Source of the DNA: a virus
Lineage: Duplodnaviria > Caudoviricetes
DNA: 64,000 bases
Strand: one strand, 5' to 3'
IMG/VR virus record: IMGVR_UViG_3300028887_000114
Coordinates: 6,588-70,587 of that record
Both the position numbers and the translations under genes were made by a program. The notes beneath the pieces were generated by a model. The model was not told the DNA's origin. It ran no database searches and was given only the letters and a program-made list of their open reading frames with translations. Positions 28,025 to 37,602 of the stretch are shown piece by piece; within the stretch, counting starts at the first letter, position 1; the number at the start of each line of letters is the position of its first letter.

Positions 28025-28144
28025 ATGAATTTAGATGAAGCAATTAATTTATTAAAAGAAAAAACCAGGAATAAATCCTGGTTTTATTTTTACTCACCAA
28101 CAGGTGTATCAGACAGCAAAGTAATACCACCTTGTGAGTTTTGA
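28025..28144 (+). pseudogene. remnant of a leader-family gene (MNLDEAINLLKE...) cut by a terminator
   Basis: TATAAATA at 28013-28020, ATG at 28025; the first 12 codons match the family leader, then run into the terminator at 28061-28085. Confidence 0.5.
28061..28090. terminator. bidirectional terminator
   Basis: AAAACCAGGA-ataaa-TCCTGGTTTT. Confidence 0.85.
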
Positions 28145-28308
28145 TAACTTACAACGCAACCGCCGCGATGTTCTATGATGACAAGATTTGGAACACCTTC
28201 CGCCTGTAACATAGTAGCAATAACAGTATTATATTTTGCTGGTTGTTCTTGTTCAACAGCCATTTTAAGTAATCCAGTAATTAATGAATTAAGCTTTTTC
28301 TCATCCAT
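28090..28308 (-). CDS. hypothetical protein
   Basis: 72-aa ORF in operon. Confidence 0.6.
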   Translation of the reverse strand: MDEKKLNSLITGLLKMAVEQEQPAKYNTVIATMLQAEGVPNLVIIEHRGGCVVSYQNSQGGITLLSDTPVGE

Positions 28309-28310
28309 AT

Positions 28311-28688
28311 TTATTTTCCCTTCTTCTGTTCAGAACCTATTGCATAATTGTGAATAATTGTCGTAACGTCCTTATAAAGCTGCGTTGTCGTTACATTTGC
28401 ATTAGTATTCAGTTCATGTAAATAATCGACACCATACATCATAACAAGTGTTTTTGGACTTGGTGTAAATATCATTATAACAGATAAGATAATTAAACTT
28501 ATAAAAGATTTTTTATACCAACCATAAACTGTTGTTGGAAGATCCTCTTTCCAACAGCTATCACTTTTAAACATGATATATAAAACAACTAAAGCTGCTG
28601 TAATAATTACAGCAAGTATTTCTGTAAATATAAGAACATCATATATTTTGTTATAGACATTAAAACCATAAATTAATGAACTAGTCAT
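28311..28688 (-). CDS. 2-TM membrane protein
   Basis: Two hydrophobic helices; terminator-fused promoter at 28719-28747. Confidence 0.7.
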   Translation of the reverse strand: MTSSLIYGFNVYNKIYDVLIFTEILAVIITAALVVLYIMFKSDSCWKEDLPTTVYGWYKKSFISLIILSVIMIFTPSPKTLVMMYGVDYLHELNTNANVTTTQLYKDVTTIIHNYAIGSEQKKGK

Positions 28689-28750
28689 ATTTTCCTTTAA
28701 TTATATTTTGTAATATAAAATATAATAAAAATGTTGACTGCTGTCAACCC

Positions 28751-29968
28751 CTAATTTTCAATAAATTTAAAAGTATAACCGCCAGCTTTTTTATTTTTAC
28801 CATTACATACTCTAGAAATACAGCATTTATCGATATTTAATTGTCTTGCGCATTCATTTATACAATCATAAACAATACCAGTTTCTATACATATTACTTT
28901 CTTTTTATGTTCACTATTATATAAATTTTTTGAGGCTGACAGTCTCATTTTATTTTTTGTTTCTTCAGATAATTTTCTACCAGGTCGTCCTTTCTTTTTA
29001 TTAACTTCATCCGAATAATGTTTACCTAAATTTGCTATACGTAATTTTTCACGTTCTTCTAATGATTTAACTCTACCTTTTTGAATATTAGATAATTTTT
29101 CAGAAATTAACTTTTTCTTATTAGGATCTATTTTAGTTTTTCCAATGTTATTTAAATCCACGAATTCAAAATGTAAATCAGATACAGTATGTTGTTTATT
29201 ATTACAGCATTTACTTATACTATTATCATTTATACCGATTTTAATAGAAGCGTCCATAATAGATTCGTATATAATACCAGTTTCTATACACCTAACTTCT
29301 TTTTTATTAGATTTATTTAATTTGTAATAATATTGTTTTAATGTTATATTATTTTTCTTTATATAATCATCTATAGTTTGACAGTTTTGTATAAATTCAT
29401 TTATATCATCTGACATTTTACAAAATCTGTAATTTAATGCTTGATTATCTTGTTTTGTAATTACATGTCTAATAGAATCTTTACAAATTTTTAATTCTCG
29501 TGCAGCATTTCCAATAGAAGTATAATATTTATTTGTTTCATAGCAATATATAACAATTTGATTATCTCTAATTATATTTCTAAATTCTTCAAGTTGTTCG
29601 GTAGTAAATTTGCGACCAGTATTAGTCAATCTAATTTTATTCTTTGTTTCTTCAGTCATTACAAAAGTACGACCTAGTGTACCAGTCCCGCCTAATGTTT
29701 TATTATAACCGAAATTTCTGTCAAATGAATTATAAACATTAATCCAAAATTTTTCGCGTTCATTTAATAAACTTGGTTCACATTCTTCTATAATTTCAAA
29801 ATCGAAATTTTCAAGACCATATTTATTAAATGCAGATTGTAAATGATTATTTAATTTATGCCATTTATATTCTGTTTTCCAACGTTTAATTATATCTTTA
29901 GATTGCCCAATATAGCATTTATTATTGACTTTATTTGTTATTTTATAAATACCACAAATTTTTTCCAT
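28751..29968 (-). mobile_element. free-standing GIY-YIG homing endonuclease with NUMOD3/NUMOD1 repeats
   Basis: 'CGIYKITNKVNNKCYIGQSKDIIKRW', 'LNEREKFWI', 'GYNKTLGG', three 'V.CIETG..Y.SI..A' repeats. Confidence 0.93.
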
Positions 29969-29983
29969 AAATTACCTAAAAAG

Positions 29984-30097
29984 AAAAACGGTTAGAAATC
30001 GTTATTGTGGTAGTTACGAAATCTAACCGTTTTTAAAACTTAGATATTTTAATAAGAATAAAACTACCACATATTATTCTTTTATAATATATTTATA
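29984..30097 (-). promoter_or_regulatory. late promoter plus structured 5' leader of the GIY-YIG gene
   Basis: TATAAATA at 30090-30097 (minus); 13-bp stem 29984-29996/30022-30034; 10-bp complementarity 30006-30015/30062-30071. Confidence 0.65.
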
Positions 30098-30117
30098 ATT
30101 TTATTCTTTTAAAATAA

Positions 30118-30864
30118 TTAAATACCAAAATTTTCTAAGAAATAATCAGGAAGCTTTGGATCGAAATGCGAAATACGGATAATTTCAAGTTTGAATTTAT
30201 TTCGTTTATACATATCGATAATTTTATCAGCGTGTTCGCCCTTAATACCCTTTCTAATAAGCTCATTAACTTCATGATAAGTAAATCCTAATTTATCCTC
30301 ATCAGTTAATGGTTGTAATCCATCAATAGGAATTTTATGTGTAAGTTCATAAGGCAAACCAAGATCATCACCGATTTCAATAACTTCTTCAGTAGTCAGC
30401 ATATCAAGTGGAGAAAAAGAACCAGCTGCATCACCAAATAATGTAGCATATCCGCAGCAATTTTCCGCCCTGTTGCATGTGTTAGCCATTAACCAATTAT
30501 TGGTCTGTGCTGTTACCATGATTTGATTCATTCTAATACGTGCTGGAACATTTGTCTTAGCATCATAAGACTTATCTGCGCCAGGAACAAGTGCTAAAGA
30601 TTCTTTAACAAGTGTTTCAATATCTTGAACATCATAATCAATACCTAGATGATCGACTAATTGGTAAGAGCAAGAAATATCCTTTTGAATACCACATGGA
30701 AGTAATACACCATGTACATGTTCTTTACCTAATGCTGCTACACAAATTGCTGCTACCACACTAGAATCTTTACCGCCAGAAATTCCAAGAACCGCGTCGG
30801 TTTTACCTACACGATTAAAAAAATCTCTAGTCCAGTCAATTACATCTTTTGTTAATGTATTCAT
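30118..30864 (-). CDS. nadE: NH3-dependent NAD+ synthetase
   Basis: 'LGISGGKDSSVVAA', 'NVPARIRM', 'TCNRAE..GYATLFGD', 'TDEDKLGFTY'. Confidence 0.95.
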   Translation of the reverse strand: MNTLTKDVIDWTRDFFNRVGKTDAVLGISGGKDSSVVAAICVAALGKEHVHGVLLPCGIQKDISCSYQLVDHLGIDYDVQDIETLVKESLALVPGADKSYDAKTNVPARIRMNQIMVTAQTNNWLMANTCNRAENCCGYATLFGDAAGSFSPLDMLTTEEVIEIGDDLGLPYELTHKIPIDGLQPLTDEDKLGFTYHEVNELIRKGIKGEHADKIIDMYKRNKFKLEIIRISHFDPKLPDYFLENFGI

Positions 30865-30936
30865 AATTTTTTCCTCATTTAAATTTTAAACTCATATTAT
30901 TAAAGATAGGAAAGAAAATTATGATGATATGTAAAA

Positions 30937-31086
30937 TTATTTTTTACCGTCATCACCCGTTTCAAACCAACGAAGCTCCTGAAGCTGCTTTCTAATATCA
31001 TTAATTGTATTTCTTTCCTTAACGATTACACCACCAACCAGTGTAATACCCAAAAGTGCCAGGATTGTTTTTAAAAATTTATTCAT
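30937..31086 (-). CDS. 49-aa single-TM protein (not in ORF track)
   Basis: MNKFLKTILALLGITLVGGVIVKERNTINDIRKQLQELRWFETGDDGKK; AAGGAG RBS; own promoter at 31116-31144. Confidence 0.7.
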   Translation of the reverse strand: MNKFLKTILALLGITLVGGVIVKERNTINDIRKQLQELRWFETGDDGKK

Positions 31087-31146
31087 TATATATCTCCTTA
31101 AAAAGTTCTGGCACAAATATAGTAAATTTTACTTAAATTGTAAACC

Positions 31147-31509
31147 TTACTTCTTTTTTAATAATTCTGTAAATTTATCAGCTAATTTACCAGCATCTGA
31201 TTTTTCTCTTTCCTGAAACATCGGATCAACTTTATTTTTAGGTGGAGTTGATTTTGCTTTAGGATAATGTTGCGGAAAATTACCTTTTGGATATTGTCTA
31301 GGATAATATGGATCAGCAATAAAAGCAGATGTACTACCATAACATTTTTCAATATGTTCAGATATTGCATCTATTTGGTTAGAAACTTTTTCAACACCTT
31401 TTTCAATTTCTTTCATATCATGTTCGAAATCGGTAGGTTTTAAAATTTTCCAACCCATACCTTCCATCATATTTTTTACTTCATCAACAGTCATATAGAG
31501 ATACCTCAT
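31147..31509 (-). CDS. hypothetical protein
   Basis: 120 aa, coupled to the upstream PARG gene. Confidence 0.6.
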   Translation of the reverse strand: MRYLYMTVDEVKNMMEGMGWKILKPTDFEHDMKEIEKGVEKVSNQIDAISEHIEKCYGSTSAFIADPYYPRQYPKGNFPQHYPKAKSTPPKNKVDPMFQEREKSDAGKLADKFTELLKKK

Positions 31510-32321
31510 CCTAGTATTTCTTTAAATACTTTGTAATTAGTATCATCCTTTCCACAATAGACAGCGAATTCAATATTCTTAAAGTAAATTTTTCCGATTT
31601 CCAAAGCTTTTTTATAAGCCTTAGCTACGATTTCAGGTGGATTTTTAAATGCACCACAGCCAAATGCACCGAGAATAATTGTTTCATTACCATGTGAATA
31701 AGCTAATTCAAAAATATGAACTGCTCTACGGAAATGAATGTTAAACAATTCTTCATTAGTAACGTCTGGCTTTTCGCCACGTTCATGGTTATATGCATTT
31801 GCAGGTGTTTCACGAAGATTAGGTGCTGCACAAGTAACTACATTTACAGAGAATGGACGATACAATAAATTATAATTATCTGACTTGATAATTTGAATAT
31901 TGGGTGTGTAAATTGCATCATGATTATGAAGTGCATTTCCATGTTCTTTATGCGGTTTATAAAAGATTTCATCAAACTTAGGGTCAGATAAAACATTATA
32001 AAGCGTAGAACAACGACAAAGACATTCTTCTTGTGCGTTAGAACCCTTTGTTACACCACCACCAGGATTTGTAGCAGAAGCAAAATTAAGAACTGCTACT
32101 TTGCCTGTATAATTTCTTGCTGCATTAAAAGTGCTATTCTTAGTGACCTTGACATTTCCTGGAGTTTTATTATCGCAGAAAATGTCCATTGTCATATCAG
32201 CAGCGAAGAAATCAGAATTTTCAATCGAATACTTAATAGAATCCTGTAAGGTTTTATCCTTACTAATTATTTCTTGAGTATGATTGAAAACTTTAATATT
32301 TTCTTCTTTGATATTAGCCAT
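31506..32321 (-). CDS. microbial-type poly(ADP-ribose) glycohydrolase (TIGR02452/DUF2263 macrodomain)
   Basis: 'VLNFASATNPGGGVTKGSNAQEECLCRCSTLY' (GGG-x-QEE catalytic motif); 'ILGAFGCGAFKNPP'. Confidence 0.9.
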   Translation of the reverse strand: MANIKEENIKVFNHTQEIISKDKTLQDSIKYSIENSDFFAADMTMDIFCDNKTPGNVKVTKNSTFNAARNYTGKVAVLNFASATNPGGGVTKGSNAQEECLCRCSTLYNVLSDPKFDEIFYKPHKEHGNALHNHDAIYTPNIQIIKSDNYNLLYRPFSVNVVTCAAPNLRETPANAYNHERGEKPDVTNEELFNIHFRRAVHIFELAYSHGNETIILGAFGCGAFKNPPEIVAKAYKKALEIGKIYFKNIEFAVYCGKDDTNYKVFKEILG

Positions 32322-32323
32322 AA

Positions 32324-32605
32324 TTAAGCCTTAAACATGTCATCACACTTTAAGAGCAAACGGTCAATCTTTGGTTGAATTCTCTTTTGGTTATACGGAT
32401 CATCACCAACAATGTCATTCTTGGTCCAGTTGCAAAGTCTTGCGATAATAAGGAACCAGAAGACGTTTGCGAGCGGTGACATAATAACATCAAGCATACT
32501 TGGATGGAACGGCACATGGTCCATTCTATGGCCAACATAGAGCGCAAGAAAGCCTGCTACGTAGAGTGCGATTGTTGTGATAATGATAGTAGTAATTGTT
32601 GTCAT
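32324..32605 (-). CDS. small membrane protein
   Basis: Two hydrophobic segments; promoter at 32638-32666. Confidence 0.65.
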   Translation of the reverse strand: MTTITTIIITTIALYVAGFLALYVGHRMDHVPFHPSMLDVIMSPLANVFWFLIIARLCNWTKNDIVGDDPYNQKRIQPKIDRLLLKCDDMFKA

Positions 32606-32680
32606 GTTATTTTTCCTTTAATTATAGTTTTTTATAAAATATAATAAAAAGCAGGGTCGTTGTCAACCCTTATTATGTTC

Positions 32681-32992
32681 TTATTTCCACTTAATGTCTT
32701 CAGTCTTAATTTTACTATCGCAATATTCTCGATAATGACGTTTGACTTCAATCGTGTCTTTTTCAGTATTTGGGTCGTCATCATTATTTAAATAATTAGC
32801 AAAATCAATCGCTTCTTGTTTTGTTTTAAATTCTCTACTATGAGGCCAACCTGACCAATCACCAGTCCATGGTTCTACTTGGTCCCAATAAACAAAGAAT
32901 GACTCATATGTTATATTGTTATAAAAATTTGCAGTTTTCTTAACTACTTTAACTGCCTCAGCCATAGCTGAATGACTATTTAATAAAATCAT
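32681..32992 (-). CDS. hypothetical protein
   Basis: 103-aa ORF with GAGG RBS. Confidence 0.6.
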   Translation of the reverse strand: MILLNSHSAMAEAVKVVKKTANFYNNITYESFFVYWDQVEPWTGDWSGWPHSREFKTKQEAIDFANYLNNDDDPNTEKDTIEVKRHYREYCDSKIKTEDIKWK

Positions 32993-33067
32993 AAAATACC
33001 TCTATAATAAAAAAGTGAGATTGTCGCCAACCTCACTTTGATTTTTATTTAGGAGAAATCCTTTTTA

Positions 33068-33718
33068 TTAGACACCCTTGTAAGCCTTGACGACTTCTTC
33101 GAATTCAGTGTCGAGAGCGACAGTTTCGATAGTCTGAGTGCCCTTACCACCCTTACCGGTGATTTCGGCAATTTCCTGCTTAGCTTCGATGTGGAACTGA
33201 GTGGTCTTAACTTCGCTTTCGATTTCAGCAATCATAGCGTTGCAATCGATACCGAAGTCACCGATCTTGTTACGGTCACACATCTTGAGTGTATCAATCT
33301 GGACCTGAAGAGCAGTAAGCTTAGCTTCGATGAGAGCCTTGTTAGTGTCGATGTTCTTGAGAGTATCGCGAACCTGGACACACTGCTTTTCAGTATTCTG
33401 CCAAGCAGTTTCAATGGTATCACGAGCAGTCTTCATGCCCTTATAAACAATATACTTAATCTTAGCTTCATCGAGCTTGTCAGCAGCGATGAGAGTTTCA
33501 TAGACCTTCTTGCTGGTGTTGGTCTTTTCGTCGAGTTCCTCGAACTTGGCCTTAAGTTCCTTGGCATTTACCAGCATATCTTCAGCCGACTTGATATACT
33601 GAGCGGCATTCTTATTATACTGATAACGGATTTCCTCAATCTTATCCTTGGTGGAGATGAGGCCTTCGAGACCACGCTGAGCCTTGTGAGCGAAGATTTT
33701 GAAGATATTGAAAGACAT
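33068..33718 (-). CDS. PspA/IM30-like coiled-coil protein
   Basis: 216 aa all-helical, amphipathic N-terminus, 'AADKLDEAK' and 'LDTEFEEV' in PspA-like positions. Confidence 0.6.
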   Translation of the reverse strand: MSFNIFKIFAHKAQRGLEGLISTKDKIEEIRYQYNKNAAQYIKSAEDMLVNAKELKAKFEELDEKTNTSKKVYETLIAADKLDEAKIKYIVYKGMKTARDTIETAWQNTEKQCVQVRDTLKNIDTNKALIEAKLTALQVQIDTLKMCDRNKIGDFGIDCNAMIAEIESEVKTTQFHIEAKQEIAEITGKGGKGTQTIETVALDTEFEEVVKAYKGV

Positions 33719-33818
33719 AGTTTTATTTCCTTATGTTAATTGTTGAATTGTTTAAATTGTTTTTGTTTATGTTTTAAATATAGTAAATTGTTTTTGGTTT
33801 GTAAACCCCTTTTTTAAA

Positions 33819-34070
33819 CTATCGTGCATTAAACTTGGTTAGGGTTTCGGAATTATCAGAATTAACTGACGAATCGAAATGCACGATTAGTTTAGATGGT
33901 TCGTAATTTACCGCCACCGGATTGGACATGTATAAATTAATGCTCTCAATCGACTTGGCGTTATTTACCATATCCTTTGGACCAGATAAATATGAACCAG
34001 TTAAATAAGTAACTGCTGCAATCGCAATAACCGCGACACTTGAAGCTACATACTTTATTGTTTTATTCAT
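33819..34070 (-). CDS. small exported/membrane-anchored protein
   Basis: N-terminal TM helix; promoter at 34111-34139. Confidence 0.65.
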   Translation of the reverse strand: MNKTIKYVASSVAVIAIAAVTYLTGSYLSGPKDMVNNAKSIESINLYMSNPVAVNYEPSKLIVHFDSSVNSDNSETLTKFNAR

Positions 34071-34159
34071 TAGTTTTCCTTGTTATTAACTGATTTGTTT
34101 TACATGATTAAATATAGTATTATTCAATGAAGTTGTAAACCCCCTTTTATAAAATATTT

Positions 34160-34591
34160 TTAGACGCATACTTGGTCAGGATCTACTTTATATTTTAGGT
34201 GTTTATTGAGATTATTAATTTCTTCCATTTTAATATCATGCAACGCGTTAAAAACTTCTGGAATGCAAAGTCCGTGCGGTGCATTATAATAATGTTCTAA
34301 TATAGGTTTAATTCGTTCGTTTAACCTAGTTTTAAACTTGTTAATCATATCTAATTCTTCATCAGACGTATATTGTGCTCGTGCACCACGTATAAGCACA
34401 GCTCCTTTGACAGGAAACTCTAATTCTTTTAGATAATCATTAAATTCATTTATTACTTCATGCAACACATTGTTAAAATATGAATCATTAATAGCTTTAG
34501 GATCATCTTTAGCTAAATAATATAGTCTATTAACTTTGTCCTTAGTAGTAGAATGCATAGGTATCGGTGGAAGTGCTGTTGCTGGACCCAT
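34160..34591 (-). CDS. hypothetical protein (paralog of 34606-35103)
   Basis: Pro-rich N-terminus; 'INEFNDYLK', 'LNKHLKYKVD'. Confidence 0.7.
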   Translation of the reverse strand: MGPATALPPIPMHSTTKDKVNRLYYLAKDDPKAINDSYFNNVLHEVINEFNDYLKELEFPVKGAVLIRGARAQYTSDEELDMINKFKTRLNERIKPILEHYYNAPHGLCIPEVFNALHDIKMEEINNLNKHLKYKVDPDQVCV

Positions 34592-34605
34592 AAATAATCC
34601 TTTAA

Positions 34606-35103
34606 TTAATATAAAACACTATCTACATTAATAGATATATTCCTATCTATTTTATAGACCAAATGTTTATTTAACCAATCGATTTCAAATCGTTTAGCTT
34701 TACGAATATCATCATGAATAGAATTTACAGATTCACCTTTTTTATAACGAGGATGATTTTTAACATCCCAAGCAAGGCTAAATTTTGATGCTTCAATATA
34801 GCCTTTTTCATTAATCGACGTTATAGGTACTTTAACACCGAAAAAATCAACATAATCTATAATTGGATGTTCATACGGTTTCAAAAGTTCATTATACTCA
34901 TTAATAAGTATAGGTAAAAGTTCTTTAAAAACGCTATCATCTTTACGATGGCGTTCAACTTTGAAATAATCTTTTCCAGTATGAACTAATCCATTATAAG
35001 TATAATATGTTTCACCGTAAACATGATCTACTTTTGGATAGCCTTCATATTTTGGTTTTTTCGGTTCTGGCGGTGGTGAAGCTGGACAAGGTGCATATCC
35101 CAT
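34606..35103 (-). CDS. hypothetical protein (paralog of 34160-34591)
   Basis: Pro-rich N-terminus; 'INEYNELLK', 'LNKHLVYKID'. Confidence 0.7.
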   Translation of the reverse strand: MGYAPCPASPPPEPKKPKYEGYPKVDHVYGETYYTYNGLVHTGKDYFKVERHRKDDSVFKELLPILINEYNELLKPYEHPIIDYVDFFGVKVPITSINEKGYIEASKFSLAWDVKNHPRYKKGESVNSIHDDIRKAKRFEIDWLNKHLVYKIDRNISINVDSVLY

Positions 35104-35111
35104 AATATTTC

Positions 35112-35690
35112 TTAATCATCTAATAAATCGTTAAACTTCTGTATCATGCCACGTTCTGGCGATTTCGGTTTATAAATTGTCTTACGTGCTATAGAATCAA
35201 TACCATTAGCAATTAGTTTATAGATACCTATAAACATGTATATTACCAACATAAGAACTGAAATCGGTATAATTGCAAACGAAAGAATTACAAACATCCA
35301 ATATGTTGCTTTCATTTTAATTTCGGCGGCAGTTCCGTCTTTAATAGCTTCCCATTCATAATCTGCCCTGCAATCTGTTTGAACTTTTTCAATACGTTGT
35401 TTGTCTCTATATAAATATACCCATGCGTCATATCTATCTATGAGAATAAACATATTAATTATTGCAATAAGGCTACTAGCGAATGTTACACCATAAATCC
35501 AAGTCATTCCTATTGTTCTAAAATAAAATACGCCAGGATTTTGTGCTGAAATGTCCTGAGTATTTACTAAACAAATAAGTGACAGCATAACAACTATAGC
35601 ACAAATTATGCCAGAAGCGATACTGACAAAAGCAGTATCGAATGTATCAAATACATAACCTTCTAAAAGATTTTTATGAAATTTTTTCAT
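35112..35690 (-). CDS. multi-TM membrane protein (tandem family)
   Basis: Three TM segments; ends 'MIQKFNDLL'. Confidence 0.7.
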   Translation of the reverse strand: MKKFHKNLLEGYVFDTFDTAFVSIASGIICAIVVMLSLICLVNTQDISAQNPGVFYFRTIGMTWIYGVTFASSLIAIINMFILIDRYDAWVYLYRDKQRIEKVQTDCRADYEWEAIKDGTAAEIKMKATYWMFVILSFAIIPISVLMLVIYMFIGIYKLIANGIDSIARKTIYKPKSPERGMIQKFNDLLDD

Positions 35691-36232
35691 TATCTTATTC
35701 CTACGAGTTTATTGTATTCATCGATAATTGTTTGTTTATACTTTTCTGGTTCTTTCTTTTTATAACTAGCCATCATATTTTTAACTGATAGTTTATTACG
35801 AAATCCAATGAAACATTCGCATAAGAATGCAAAAAACTTAGATGCATTAGTCATAATAAGTACTATAATAGCAATCGGTGTAAGTACAAAACTACCAGCA
35901 AAAACTATATTACATCCTAGATAAAAAATACATTCAAAATATGTTTTATCATTATTATTATAATAGTTTTCTCGATATTTACTTTCTGCAAATATCATAG
36001 CAATATCGCCAGTAATAAAAAGAATAATTATTGTTGGGATTGTCCACCAGTGTGCTTGGAAAAAATTGTGCATATAAATTGTACTTTCCCAATGTTTATT
36101 TGACCCTAAATCACCGACACCAACTGCAAATATATAAGCAAATCCAATAAGTTGTAAAATTATTTCAAAACAAATAAGACCTATATACCATTCTTCTTTA
36201 TTGCTAAAGAATTCATCTAAAAATTTTTTCAT
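35690..36232 (-). CDS. multi-TM membrane protein (tandem family)
   Basis: Three TM segments; ends 'IIDEYNKLV'. Confidence 0.7.
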   Translation of the reverse strand: MKKFLDEFFSNKEEWYIGLICFEIILQLIGFAYIFAVGVGDLGSNKHWESTIYMHNFFQAHWWTIPTIIILFITGDIAMIFAESKYRENYYNNNDKTYFECIFYLGCNIVFAGSFVLTPIAIIVLIMTNASKFFAFLCECFIGFRNKLSVKNMMASYKKKEPEKYKQTIIDEYNKLVGIR

Positions 36233-36241
36233 AATATCTCC

Positions 36242-36541
36242 TTATTTAAAAACAGATGGAACTACGCTAAATGGTAACGGTTTTCCTGGAATTGCTTTAC
36301 CACCATTTGGAAGTTTATTTAGTTCTCTTCGTTCTTTTACATATTTGTCATGCTTATATTCTTGTATACTTTCAACATAAGCCATACGTCTATCTTCAGC
36401 TACCTGTTTTCTATATTCTTCATTATACATAGCATATAATATAAATTTAGTCATAACAAATGCAAATATAACTAATAATGCAATAATGATTGTAGAAACA
36501 TAATGCTGGTCATAATTATCACGATGTGATTCAGTTCGCAT
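36242..36541 (-). CDS. single-TM protein
   Basis: Hydrophobic helix near the N-terminus. Confidence 0.65.
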   Translation of the reverse strand: MRTESHRDNYDQHYVSTIIIALLVIFAFVMTKFILYAMYNEEYRKQVAEDRRMAYVESIQEYKHDKYVKERRELNKLPNGGKAIPGKPLPFSVVPSVFK

Positions 36542-36544
36542 AGT

Positions 36545-37054
36545 TTATCTCCTATTAAGATGTCTGTTAAGTTTATTAAGCACATTAGACAAATTAGTAA
36601 CTACAGTTTCATTAGTAGTAGTCATTAAATTAATCTTTTTTTGTTTATGGTTTTTAGGAAAATATACAAAGAATAGTATAGTTTCGGTCATAGGTAAAAT
36701 AAAATACCAATAATCTGTAGAAATACTAGATACTAGTGCACTAATTAATCCAATTAATAAGAAATAAGCAGCTAAAACTAATATTCTATCTGACCAATAT
36801 GATACAACATGTTTTACTTCTGTTACTAAAATAGTTTTATTGTCATAATATTCATCATATACAATATCTGCTTCTCTTGCATTTATTCCATATCGATTAT
36901 TCATATCTGCGAATGTGTCTGGCTTACCGCAATTACATTCTGTATCTTTTGCTTTTACTTTTTCTGTTATTTTTGTGCTTTTAGTTGGAATTCCCATAAC
37001 TATTAAAATAATCATGGTAGCTAATATTACTTCAGAGATAACTTTTTTCCACAT
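36545..37054 (-). CDS. multi-TM membrane protein
   Basis: Three hydrophobic segments; ends 'VLNKLNRHL'. Confidence 0.65.
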   Translation of the reverse strand: MWKKVISEVILATMIILIVMGIPTKSTKITEKVKAKDTECNCGKPDTFADMNNRYGINAREADIVYDEYYDNKTILVTEVKHVVSYWSDRILVLAAYFLLIGLISALVSSISTDYWYFILPMTETILFFVYFPKNHKQKKINLMTTTNETVVTNLSNVLNKLNRHLNRR

Positions 37055-37068
37055 TATTGTGCTCCAGG

Positions 37069-37590
37069 TTAATGGTTCAAGAAATTATTAAATTTATATA
37101 GCATTTCTTTTTCTGTTCTTGTAATATCAGTATTTGTTGGTTTTTTCTTTGGAATAAATAAAGCGAAAAAATGATTACAACAAAAAACAATAATATTAAC
37201 AATAGTCATAAAAATAATTGCAACTATCCATAATGCTAAAACAACAAAAAAAGAACCACTAGCAATAATAAATATCCAGATATAATAGATTGACAAATAT
37301 CTATTTTCATTACCTACTGGATATGAATTATATGTAAAGAGTGAAATAATTGCAAACAATGCACCTACCATTTCAACACTAAATATAATTTTCCAAATTA
37401 AAGCGCCAGGTTCTCCAATTTTTATCAAATCACCAAGTTCTTTAGGATCTGTAGTAAAAGATGCAACACCTGATATACCGCCAATAATTATTATCGCAAA
37501 AACAGAAACTAGCATTATAAGCATTAATGCCTCTGTAAAAGTTTCATCGTTTAAAATACAACGATGTGCTTCTTTAATTGTTTCAAGCAT
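37069..37590 (-). CDS. multi-TM membrane protein (tandem family)
   Basis: Three TM segments; ends 'MLYKFNNFL'. Confidence 0.7.
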   Translation of the reverse strand: MLETIKEAHRCILNDETFTEALMLIMLVSVFAIIIIGGISGVASFTTDPKELGDLIKIGEPGALIWKIIFSVEMVGALFAIISLFTYNSYPVGNENRYLSIYYIWIFIIASGSFFVVLALWIVAIIFMTIVNIIVFCCNHFFALFIPKKKPTNTDITRTEKEMLYKFNNFLNH

Positions 37591-37602
37591 TATTATACTC
37601 CT

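Noticed and set aside
27957-28043. N-terminal extensions in the ORF track (also 45634, 25878, 61226, 57233, 40956, 903)
   Set aside because: They run through promoters or neighbouring genes; downstream ATGs with RBSs are better starts
28751-30117. Group I intron hosting the GIY-YIG gene
   Set aside because: Flanking genes (nadE and the membrane protein) are complete; no split host gene or P/Q/R/S core seen, so it is free-standing
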